DNA of 64,000 nucleotides, taken from positions 9,068,961 to 9,132,960 of the forward strand of contig CM082584.2 in assembly GCA_040954595.2 (NCBI GenBank). Reading direction: 5' to 3'. This DNA is from Balanoglossus misakiensis. Its lineage: Eukaryota; Animalia; Hemichordata. Each line of letters opens with the position of its first letter. The first letter of the stretch is position 1. The translations under genes were made by a program, and so were the position numbers. The notes under the pieces are model-generated. The model saw only the letters and a list, made by a program, of their open reading frames with translations. It was not told the origin of the DNA and searched no databases. This document shows positions 52,401-64,000 of this stretch, piece by piece.

Positions 52401-55400
52401 GATTTTTGATAAAAACCATGGGTTATAGCTCATGAAAATCATCCAGAAATGACAATTTTTCGACTTCCCGGAATTTCAAAATTTCTTCGATTTTTGATAA
52501 AAACCATGGGTTATAGCTCATGAAAATCATCCAGAAATGACAATTTTTCGACTTCCCGGAATTTCAAAATTTCTTCGATTTTTGATAAAAACCATGGGTT
52601 ATAGCTCATGAAAATCATCCAGAAATGACAATTTTTCGACTTCCCGGAATTTCAAAATTTCTTCGATTTTTGATAAAAACCATGGGTTATAGCTCAGGAA
52701 AATCATCCAGAAATGACAATTTTTCGACTTCCCGGAATTTCAAAATTTCTTCGATTTTTGATAAAAACCATGGGTTATAGCTCAGGAAAATCATCCAGAA
52801 ATGACAATTTTTCGACTTCCCGGAATTTCAAAATTTCTTCGATTTTTGATAAAAACCATGGGTTATAGCTCAGGAAAATCATACAGAAATGACAATTTTT
52901 CGACTTCCCGGAATTTCAAAATTTCTTCGATTTTTGATAAAAACCATGGGTTATAGCTCAGGAAAATCATACAGAAATGACAATTTTTCGACTTCCCGGA
53001 ATTTCAAAATTTCTTCGATTTTTGATAAAAACCATGGGTTATAGCTCATGAAAATCATCCAGAAATGACAATTTTTCGACTTCCCGGAATTTCAAAATTT
53101 CTTCGATTTTTGATAAAAACCATGGGTTATAGCTCATGAAAATCATCCAGAAATGACAATTTTTCGACTTCCCGGAATTTCAAAATTTCTTCGATTTTTG
53201 ATAAAAACCATGGGTTATAGCTCATGAAAATCATCCAGAAATGACAATTTTTCGACTTCCCTGAATTTCAAAATTTCTTCGATTTTTGATAAAAACCATG
53301 GGTTATAGCTCAGGAAAATCATCCAGAAATGACAATTTTTCGACTTCCCGGAATTTCAAAATTTCTTCGATTTTTGATAAAAACCATGGGTTATAGCTCA
53401 GGAAAATCATCCAGAAATGACAATTTTTCGACTTCCCGGAATTTCAAAATTTCTTCGATTTTTGATAAAAACCATGGGTTATAGCTCAGGAAAATCATCC
53501 AGAAATGACAATTTTTCGACTTCCCGGAATTTCAAAATTTCTTCGATTTTTGATAAAAACCATGGGTTATAGCTCAGGAAAATCATCCAGAAATGACAAT
53601 TTTTCGACTTCCCGGAATTTCAAAATTTCTTCGATTTTTGATAAAAACCATGGGTTATAGCTCATGAAAATCATCCAGAAATGACAATTTTTCGACTTCC
53701 CGGAATTTCAAAATTTCTTCGATTTTTGATAAAAACCATGGGTTATAGCTCATGAAAATCATCCAGAAATGACAATTTTTCGACTTCCCGGAATTTCAAA
53801 ATTTCTTCGATTTTTGATAAAAACCATGGGTTATAGCTCATGAAAATCATCCAGAAATGACAATTTTTCGACTTCCCTGAATTTCAAAATTTCTTCGATT
53901 TTTGATAAAAACCATGGGTTATAGCTCATGAAAATCATCCAGAAATGACAATTTTTCGACTTCCCGGAATTTCAAAATTTCTTCGATTTTTGATAAAAAC
54001 CATGGGTTATAGCTCAGGAAAATCATCCAGAAATGACAATTTTTCGACTTCCCGGAATTTCAAAATTTCTTCGATTTTTGATAAAAACCATGGGTTATAG
54101 CTCAGGAAAATCATCCAGAAATGACAATTTTTCGACTTCCCGGAATTTCAAAATTTCTTCGATTTTTGATAAAAACCATGGGTTATAGCTCAGGAAAATC
54201 ATACAGAAATGACAATTTTTCGACTTCCCGGAATTTCAAAATTTCTTCGATTTTTGATAAAAACCATGGGTTATAGCTCAGGAAAATCATACAGAAATGA
54301 CAATTTTTCGACTTCCCGGAATTTCAAAATTTCTTCGATTTTTGATAAAAACCATGGGTTATAGCTCATGAAAATCATCCAGAAATGACAATTTTTCGAC
54401 TTCCCGGAATTTCAAAATTTCTTCGATTTTTGATAAAAACCATGGGTTATAGCTCATGAAAATCATCCAGAAATGACAATTTTTCGACTTCCCGGAATTT
54501 CAAAATTTCTTCGATTTTTGATAAAAACCATGGGTTATAGCTCATGAAAATCATCCAGAAATGACAATTTTTCGACTTCCCGGAATTTCAAAATTTCTTC
54601 GATTTTTGATAAAAACCATGGGTTATAGCTCAGGAAAATCATCCAGAAATGACAATTTTTCGACTTCCCGGAATTTCAAAATTTCTTCGATTTTTGATAA
54701 AAACCATGGGTTATAGCTCAGGAAAATCATCCAGAAATGACAATTTTTCGACTTCCCGGAATTTCAAAATTTCTTCGATTTTTGATAAAAACCATGGGTT
54801 ATAGCTCAGGAAAATCATCCAGAAATGACAATTTTTCGACTTCCCGGAATTTCAAAATTTCTTCGATTTTTGATAAAAACCATGGGTTATAGCTCAGGAA
54901 AATCATCCAGAAATGACAATTTTTCGACTTCCCGGAATTTCAAAATTTCTTCGATTTTTGATAAAAACCATGGGTTATAGCTCATGAAAATCATCCAGAA
55001 ATGACAATTTTTCGACTTCCCGGAATTTCAAAATTTCTTCGATTTTTGATAAAAACCATGGGTTATAGCTCATGAAAATCATCCAGAAATGACAATTTTT
55101 CGACTTCCCGGAATTTCAAAATTTCTTCGATTTTTGATAAAAACCATGGGTTATAGCTCATGAAAATCATCCAGAAATGACAATTTTTCGACTTCCCGGA
55201 ATTTCAAAATTTCTTCGATTTTTGATAAAAACCATGGGTTATAGCTCAGGAAAATCATACAGAAATGACAATTTTTCGACTTCCCGGAATTTCAAAATTT
55301 CTTCGATTTTTGATAAAAACCATGGGTTATAGCTCATGAAAATCATCCAGAAATGACAATTTTTCGACTTCCCGGAATTTCAAAATTTCTTCGATTTTTG

Positions 55401-58400
55401 ATAAAAACCATGGGTTATAGCTCATGAAAATCATCCAGAAATGACAATTTTTCGACTTCCCGGAATTTCAAAATTTCTTCGATTTTTGATAAAAACCATG
55501 GGTTATAGCTCATGAAAATCATCCAGAAATGACAATTTTTCGACTTCCCGGAATTTCAATATTTCTTCGATTTTTGATAAAAACCATGGGTTATAGCTCA
55601 TGAAAATCATCCAGAAATGACAATTTTTCGACTTCCCGGAATTTCAAAATTTCTTCGATTTTTGATAAAAACCATGGGTTATAGCTCAGGAAAATCATCC
55701 AGAAATGACAATTTTTCGACTTCCCGGAATTTCAAAATTTCTTCGATTTTTGATAAAAACCATGGGTTATAGCTCAGGAAAATCCTCCAGAAATGACAAT
55801 TTTTCGACTTCCCGGAATTTCAAAATTTCTTCGATTTTTGATAAAAACCATGGGTTATAGCTCAGGAAAATCATCCAGAAATGACAATTTTTCGACTTCC
55901 CGGAATTTCAAAATTTCTTCGATTTTTGATAAAAACCATGGGTTATAGCTCAGGAAAATCATCCAGAAATGACAATTTTTCGACTTCCCGGAATTTCAAA
56001 ATTTCTTCGATTTTTGATAAAAACCATGGGTTATAGCTCATGAAAATCATCCAGAAATGACAATTTTTCGACTTCCCGGAATTTCAAAATTTCTTCGATT
56101 TTTGATAAAAACCATGGGTTATAGCTCATGAAAATCATCCAGAAATGACAATTTTTCGACTTCCCGGAATTTCAAAATTTCTTCGATTTTTGATAAAAAC
56201 CATGGGTTATAGCTCATGAAAATCATCCAGAAATGACAATTTTTCGACTTCCCGGAATTTCAAAATTTCTTCGATTTTTGATAAAAACCATGGGTTATAG
56301 CTCAGGAAAATCATCCAGAAATGACAATTTTTCGACTTCCCGGAATTTCAAAATTTCTTCGATTTTTGATAAAAACCATGGGTTATAGCTCAGGAAAATC
56401 ATCCAGAAATGACAATTTTTCGACTTCCCGGAATTTCAAAATTTCTTCGATTTTTGATAAAAACCATGGGTTATAGCTCAGGAAAATCATCCAGAAATGA
56501 CAATTTTTCGACTTCCCGGAATTTCAAAATTTCTTCGATTTTTGATAAAAACCATGGGTTATAGCTCAGGAAAATCATACAGAAATGACAATTTTTCGAC
56601 TTCCCGGAATTTCAAAATTTCTTCGATTTTTGATAAAAACCATGGGTTATAGCTCATGAAAATCATCCAGAAATGACAATTTTTCGACTTCCCGGAATTT
56701 CAAAATTTCTTCGATTTTTGATAAAAACCATGGGTTATAGCTCATGAAAATCATCCAGAAATGACAATTTTTCGACTTCCCGGAATTTCAAAATTTCTTC
56801 GATTTTTGATAAAAACCATGGGTTATAGCTCATGAAAATCATCCAGAAATGACAATTTTTCGACTTCCCGGAATTTCAAAATTTCTTCGATTTTTGATAA
56901 AAACCATGGGTTATAGCTCATGAAAATCATCCAGAAATGACAATTTTTCGACTTCCCTGAATTTCAAAATTTCTTCGATTTTTGATAAAAACCATGGGTT
57001 ATAGCTCAGGAAAATCATCCAGAAATGACAATTTTTCGACTTCCCGGAATTTCAAAATTTCTTCGATTTTTGATAAAAACCATGGGTTATAGCTCAGGAA
57101 AATCATCCAGAAATGACAATTTTTCGACTTCCCGGAATTTCAAAATTTCTTCGATTTTTGATAAAAACCATGGGTTATAGCTCAGGAAAATCATCCAGAA
57201 ATGACAATTTTTCGACTTCCCGGAATTTCAAAATTTCTTCGATTTTTGATAAAAACCATGGGTTATAGCTCATGAAAATCATCCAGAAATGACAATTTTT
57301 CGACTTCCCGGAATTTCAAAATTTCTTCGATTTTTGATAAAAACCATGGGTTATAGCTCATGAAAATCATCCAGAAATGACAATTTTTCGACTTCCCGGA
57401 ATTTCAAAATTTCTTCGATTTTTGATAAAAACCATGGGTTATAGCTCATGAAAATCATCCAGAAATGACAATTTTTCGACTTCCCGGAATTTCAAAATTT
57501 CTTCGATTTTTGATAAAAACCATGGGTTATAGCTCATGAAAATCATCCAGAAATGACAATTTTTCGACTTCCCGGAATTTCAAAATTTCTTCGATTTTTG
57601 ATAAAAACCATGGGTTATAGCTCAGGAAAATCATCCAGAAATGACAATTTTTCGACTTCCCGGAATTTCAAAATTTCTTCGATTTTTGATAAAAACCATG
57701 GGTTATAGCTCAGGAAAATCATCCAGAAATGACAATTTTTCGACTTCCCGGAATTTCAAAATTTCTTCGATTTTTGATAAAAACCATGGGTTATAGCTCA
57801 GGAAAATCATACAGAAATGACAATTTTTCGACTTCCCGGAATTTCAAAATTTCTTCGATTTTTGATAAAAACCATGGGTTATAGCTCATGAAAATCATCC
57901 AGAAATGACAATTTTTCGACTTCCCGGAATTTCAAAATTTCTTCGATTTTTGATAAAAACCATGGGTTATAGCTCATGAAAATCATCCAGAAATGACAAT
58001 TTTTCGACTTCCCGGAATTTCAAAATTTCTTCGATTTTTGATAAAAACCATGGGTTATAGCTCATGAAAATCATCCAGAAATGACAATTTTTCGACTTCC
58101 CGGAATTTCAAAATTTCTTCGATTTTTGATAAAAACCATGGGTTATAGCTCATGAAAATCATCCAGAAATGACAATTTTTCGACTTCCCTGAATTTCAAA
58201 ATTTCTTCGATTTTTGATAAAAACCATGGGTTATAGCTCAGGAAAATCATCCAGAAATGACAATTTTTCGACTTCCCGGAATTTCAAAATTTCTTCGATT
58301 TTTGATAAAAACCATGGGTTATAGCTCATGAAAATCATCCAGAAATGACAATTTTTCGACTTCCCGGAATTTCAAAATTTCTTCGATTTTTGATAAAAAC

Positions 58401-61400
58401 CATGGGTTATAGCTCATGAAAATCATCCAGAAATGACAATTTTTCGACTTCCCGGAATTTCAAAATTTCTTCGATTTTTGATAAAAACCATGGGTTATAG
58501 CTCAGGAAAATCATCCAGAAATGACAATTTTTCGACTTCCCGGAATTTCAAAATTTCTTCGATTTTTGATAAAAACCATGGGTTATAGCTCAGGAAAATC
58601 ATCCAGAAATGACAATTTTTCGACTTCCCGGAATTTCAAAATTTCTTCGATTTTTGATAAAAACCATGGGTTATAGCTCAGGAAAATCATCCAGAAATGA
58701 CAATTTTTCGACTTCCCGGAATTTCAAAATTTCTTCGATTTTTGATAAAAACCATGGGTTATAGCTCAGGAAAATCATCCAGATATGACAATTTTTCGAC
58801 TTCCCGGAATTTCAAAATTTCTTCGATTTTTGATAAAAACCATGGGTTATAGCTCAGGAAAATCATCCAGATATGGCAATTTTTCGACTTCCCGGAATTT
58901 CAAAATTTCTTCGATTTTTGATAAAAACCATGGGTTATAGCTCAGGAAAATCATCCTGAAATGACAATTTTTCGACTTCCCGGAATTTCAAAATTTCTTC
59001 GATTTTTGATAAAAACCATGGGTTATAGCTCAGGAAAATCATCCAGAAATGACAATTTTTCGACTTCCCGGAATTTCAAAATTTCTTCGATTTTTGATAA
59101 AAACCATGGGTTATAGCTCATGAAAATCATCCAGAAATGACAATTTTTCGACTTCCCGGAATTTCAAAATTTCTTCGATTTTTGATAAAAACCATGGGTT
59201 ATAGCTCATGAAAATCATCCAGAAATGACAATTTTTCGACTTCCCGGAATTTCAAAATTTCTTCGATTTTTGATAAAAACCATGGGTTATAGCTCATGAA
59301 AATCATCCAGAAATGACAATTTTTCGACTTCCCGGAATTTCAAAATTTCTTCGATTTTTGATAAAAACCATGGGTTATAGCTCATGAAAATCATCCAGAA
59401 ATGACAATTTTTCGACTTCCCGGAATTTCAAAATTTCTTCGATTTTTGATAAAAACCATGGGTTATAGCTCATGAAAATCATCCAGAAATGACAATTTTT
59501 CGACTTCCCGGAATTTCAAAATTTCTTCGATTTTTGATAAAAACCATGGGTTATAGCTCATGAAAATCATCCAGAAATGACAATTTTTCGACTTCCCGGA
59601 ATTTCAAAATTTCTTCGATTTTTGATAAAAACCATGGGTTATAGCTCATGAAAATCATCCAGAAATGACAATTTTTCGACTTCCCGGAATTTCAAAATTT
59701 CTTCGATTTTTGATAAAAACCATGGGTTATAGCTCATGAAAATCATCCAGAAATGACAATTTTTCGACTTCCCGGAATTTCAAAATTTCTTCGATTTTTG
59801 ATAAAAACCATGGGTTATAGCTCATGAAAATCATCCAGAAATGACAATTTTTCGACTTCCCGGAATTTCAAAATTTCTTCGATTTTTGATAAAAACCATG
59901 GGTTATAGCTCAGGAAAATCATCCAGAAATGACAATTTTTCGACTTCCCGGAATTTCAAAATTTCTTCGATTTTTGATAAAAACCATGGGTTATAGCTCA
60001 TGAAAATCATCCAGAAATGACAATTTTTCGACTTCCCGGAATTTCAAAATTTCTTCGATTTTTGATAAAAACCATGGGTTATAGCTCAGGAAAATCATCC
60101 AGAAATGACAATTTTTCGACTTCCCGGAATTTCAAAATTTCTTCGATTTTTGATAAAAACCATGGGTTATAGCTCATGAAAATCATCCAGAAATGACAAT
60201 TTTTCGACTTCCCGGAATTTCAAAATTTCTTCGATTTTTGATAAAAACCATGGGTTATAGCTCATGAAAATCATCCAGAAATGACAATTTTTCGACTTCC
60301 CGGAATTTCAAAATTTCTTCGATTTTTGATAAAAACCATGGGTTATAGCTCATGAAAATCATCCAGAAATGACAATTTTTCGACTTCCCGGAATTTCAAA
60401 ATTTCTTCGATTTTTGATAAAAACCATGGGTTATAGCTCAGGAAAATCATCCAGAAATGACAATTTTTCGACTTCCCGGAATTTCAAAATTTCTTCGATT
60501 TTTGATAAAAACCATGGGTTATAGCTCATGAAAATCATCCAGAAATGACAATTTTTCGACTTCCCGGAATTTCAAAATTTCTTCGATTTTTGATAAAAAC
60601 CCATGGGTTATAGCTCATGAAAATCATCCAGAAATGACAATTTTTCGACTTCCCGGAATTTCAAAATTTCTTCGATTTTTGATAAAAACCATGGGTTATA
60701 GCTCATGAAAATCATCCAGAAATGACAATTTTTCGACTTCCCGGAATTTCAAAATTTCTTCGATTTTTGATAAAAACCATGGGTTATAGCTCAGGAAAAT
60801 CATCCAGAAATGACAATTTTTCGACTTCCCGGAATTTCAAAATTTCTTCGATTTTTGATAAAAACCATGGGTTATAGCTCAGGAAAATCATCCAGATATG
60901 ACAATTTTTCGACTTCCCGGAATTTCAAAATTTCTTCGATTTTTGATAAAAACCATGGGTTATAGCTCAGGAAAATCATCCAGAAATGACAATTTTTCGA
61001 CTTCCCGGAATTTCAAAATTTCTTCGATTTTTGATAAAAACCATGGGTTATAGCTCATGAAAATCATCCAGAAATGACAATTTTTCGACTTCCCGGAATT
61101 TCAAAATTTCTTCGATTTTTGATAAAAACCATGGGTTATAGCTCAGGAAAATCATCCAGAAATGACAATTTTTCGACTTCCCGGAATTTCAAAATTTCTT
61201 CGATTTTTGATAAAAACCATGGGTTATAGCTCAGGAAAATCATCCAGAAATGACAATTTTTCGACTTCCCGGAATTTCAAAATTTCTTCGATTTTTGATA
61301 AAAACCATGGGTTATAGCTCAGGAAAATCATCCAGAAATGACAATTTTTCGACTTCCCGGAATTTCAAAATTTCTTCGATTTTTGATAAAAACCATGGGT

Positions 61401-64000
61401 TATAGCTCAGGAAAATCATCCAGAAATGACAATTTTTCGACTTCCCGGAATTTCAAAATTTCTTCGATTTTTGATAAAAACCATGGGTTATAGCTCATGA
61501 AAATCATCCAGAAATGACAATTTTTCGACTTCCCGGAATTTCAAAATTTCTTCGATTTTTGATAAAAACCATGGGTTATAGCTCAGGAAAATCATCCAGA
61601 AATGACAATTTTTCGACTTCCGGAATTTCAAAATTTCTTCGATTTTTGATAAAAACCATGGGTTATAGCTCATGAAAATCATCCAGAAATGACAATTTTT
61701 CGACTTCCCGGAATTTCAAAATTTCTTCGATTTTTGATAAAAACCATGGGTTATAGCTCAGGAAAATCATCCAGAAATGACAATTTTTCGACTTCCCGGA
61801 ATTTCAAAATTTCTTCGATTTTTGATAAAAACCATGGGTTATAGCTCATGAAAATCATCCAGAAATGACAATTTTTCGACTTCCCGGAATTTCAAAATTT
61901 CTTCGATTTTTGATAAAAACCATGGGTTATAGCTCAGAAAATCATCCAGAAATGACAATTTTTCGACTTCCCGGAATTTCAAAATTTCTTCGATTTTTGA
62001 TAAAAACCATGGGTTATAGCTCATGAAAATCATCCAGAAATGACAATTTTCGACTTCCCGGAATTTCAAAATTTCTTCGATTTTTGATAAAAACCATGGG
62101 TTATAGCTCATGAAAATCATCCAGAAATGACAATTTTTCGACTTCCCGGAATTTCAAAATTTCTTCGATTTTTGATAAAAACCATGGGTTATAGCTCATG
62201 AAAATCATCCAGAAATGACAATTTTTCGACTTCCCGGAATTTCAAAATTTCTTCGATTTTTGATAAAAACCATGGGTTATAGCTCAGGAAAATCATCCAG
62301 AAATGACAATTTTTCGACTTCCCGGAATTTCAAAATTTCTTCGATTTTTGATAAAAACCATGGGTTATAGCTCATGAAAATCATCCAGAAATGACAATTT
62401 TTCGACTTCCCGGAATTTCAAAATTTCTTCGATTTTTGATAAAAACCATGGGTTATAGCTCAGGAAAATCATCCAGAAATGACAATTTTTCGACTTCCCG
62501 GAATTTCAAAATTTCTTCGATTTTTGATAAAAACCATGGGTTATAGCTCAGGAAAATCATCCAGAAATGACAATTTTTCGACTTCCCGGAATTTCAAAAT
62601 TTCTTCGATTTTTGATAAAAACCATGGGTTATAGCTCAGGAAAATCATCCAGAAATGACAATTTTTCGACTTCCCGGAATTTCAAAATTTCTTCGATTTT
62701 TGATAAAAACCATGGGTTATAGCTCAGGAAAATCATCCAGAAATGACAATTTTTCGACTTCCCGGAATTTCAAAATTTCTTCGATTTTTGATAAAAACCA
62801 TGGGTTATAGCTCAGGAAAATCATCCAGAAATGACAATTTTTCGACTTCCCGGAATTTCAAAATTTCTTCGATTTTTGATAAAAACCATGGGTTATAGCT
62901 CAGGAAAATCATCCAGAAATGACAATTTTTCGACTTCCCGGAATTTCAAAATTTCTTCGATTTTTGATAAAAACCATGGGTTATAGCTCAGGAAAATCAT
63001 CCAGAAATGACAATTTTTCGACTTCCCGGAATTTCAAAATTTCTTCGATTTTTGATAAAAAACCATGGGTTATAGCTCAGGAAAATCATCCAGAAATGAC
63101 AATTTTTCGACTTCCCGGAATTTCAAATTTCTTCGATTTTTGATAAAAACCATGGGTTATAGCTCAGGAAAATCATCCAGAAATGACAATTTTTCGACTT
63201 CCCGGAATTTCAAAATTTCTTCGATTTTTGATAAAAACCATGGGTTATAGCTCAGGAAAATCATCCAGAAATGACAATTTTTCGACTTCCCGGAATTTCA
63301 AAATTTCTTCGATTTTTGATAAAAACCAATGGGTTATAGCTCAGGGAAAATCATCCAGAAATGACAATTTTTCGACTCCGAAAACCATTGGGTTATAGCT
63401 CAGGAAAATCATCCAGAAATGACAATTTTTCGACTTCCGGAATTTCAAAATTTCTTCGATTTTTGATAAAAACCATGGGTTATAGCTCAGGAAAATCATC
63501 CAGAAATGACAATTTTTCGACTTCCCGGAATTTCAAAATTTCTTCGATTTTTGATAAAAACCATGGGTTATAGCTCAGGAAAATCATCCAGAAATGACAA
63601 TTTTTCGACTTCCCGGAATTTCAAAATTTCTTCGATTTTTGATAAAAACCTAAAAACCATGGGTTATAGCTCAGGAAAATCATCCAGAAATGACAATTTT
63701 TCGACTTCCCGGAATTTCAAAATTTCTTCGATTTTTGATAAAAAAATGGGTTTAGCGCAGGAAAATCATCCAGAAATGACAATTTTTCGACTTCCCGGAA
63801 TTTCAAAATATCTTAGATTTTTGATAAAAACCATGGGTTATAGCTCAGGAAATCATCCAGAAATGACAATTTTCGGCTTCCCGGAATTTCAAAATTTCTT
63901 CGTTTGATAAAAACCATGGGTTATAGCTCAGGAAAATCATCCAGAAATGGACAATTTTTCGACTTCCCGGAATTCAAAATTTCTTCGATTTTTGATAAAA
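49481..64000. repeat. 88-bp satellite DNA array, ~165 copies, extends past the right edge
   Basis: Monomer AAAAACCATGGGTTATAGCTCA(T/G)GAAAATCATCCAGAAATGACAATTTTTCGACTTCCCGGAATTTCAAAATTTCTTCGATTTTTGAT. Period measured as 49511 to 49599 = 88; the 60-nt line layout repeats every 1320 nt (15 x 88). Confidence 0.99.

Noticed and set aside
61488-63907. Short repetitive ORFs in the satellite
   Set aside because: They arise only where indels shift the 88-bp frame; there is no coding signal.
49481-64000. Possible CRISPR array
   Set aside because: Monomers are head-to-tail with no unique spacers, there are no cas genes, and the context is a spliced eukaryotic genome.

Overview
Animal (probably marine invertebrate) genomic DNA with a gene-dense first ~49 kb and a tandem array filling the last ~14.5 kb. 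Genes in order: the 5' part of NEK8 (- strand, runs off the left edge), two head-to-head intronless ELOVL6-like elongases, DNAJC21 (+), an FRRS1-like Reeler-DOMON-cytochrome b561 gene (+), ALG2 (-), and a PKA catalytic subunit gene (+). All exon models were built by hand from splice signals and reading frame. The PKA gene has a tandemly duplicated, probably mutually exclusive catalytic-loop exon, up to three phase-compatible first exons and a candidate 27-nt microexon. NEK8 has a clear U12-type intron and an apparent GA-AG intron. Several MITEs are visible, including a 417-bp foldback-like element with a perfect 9-bp target-site duplication between ALG2 and the PKA 5' region. From ~49.48 kb to the end is a very homogeneous 88-bp satellite (~165 copies). 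Nearly every monomer carries TTCCCGGAA, and variant monomers recur in multi-unit blocks. No database searches were possible; protein identities come from motif recognition.
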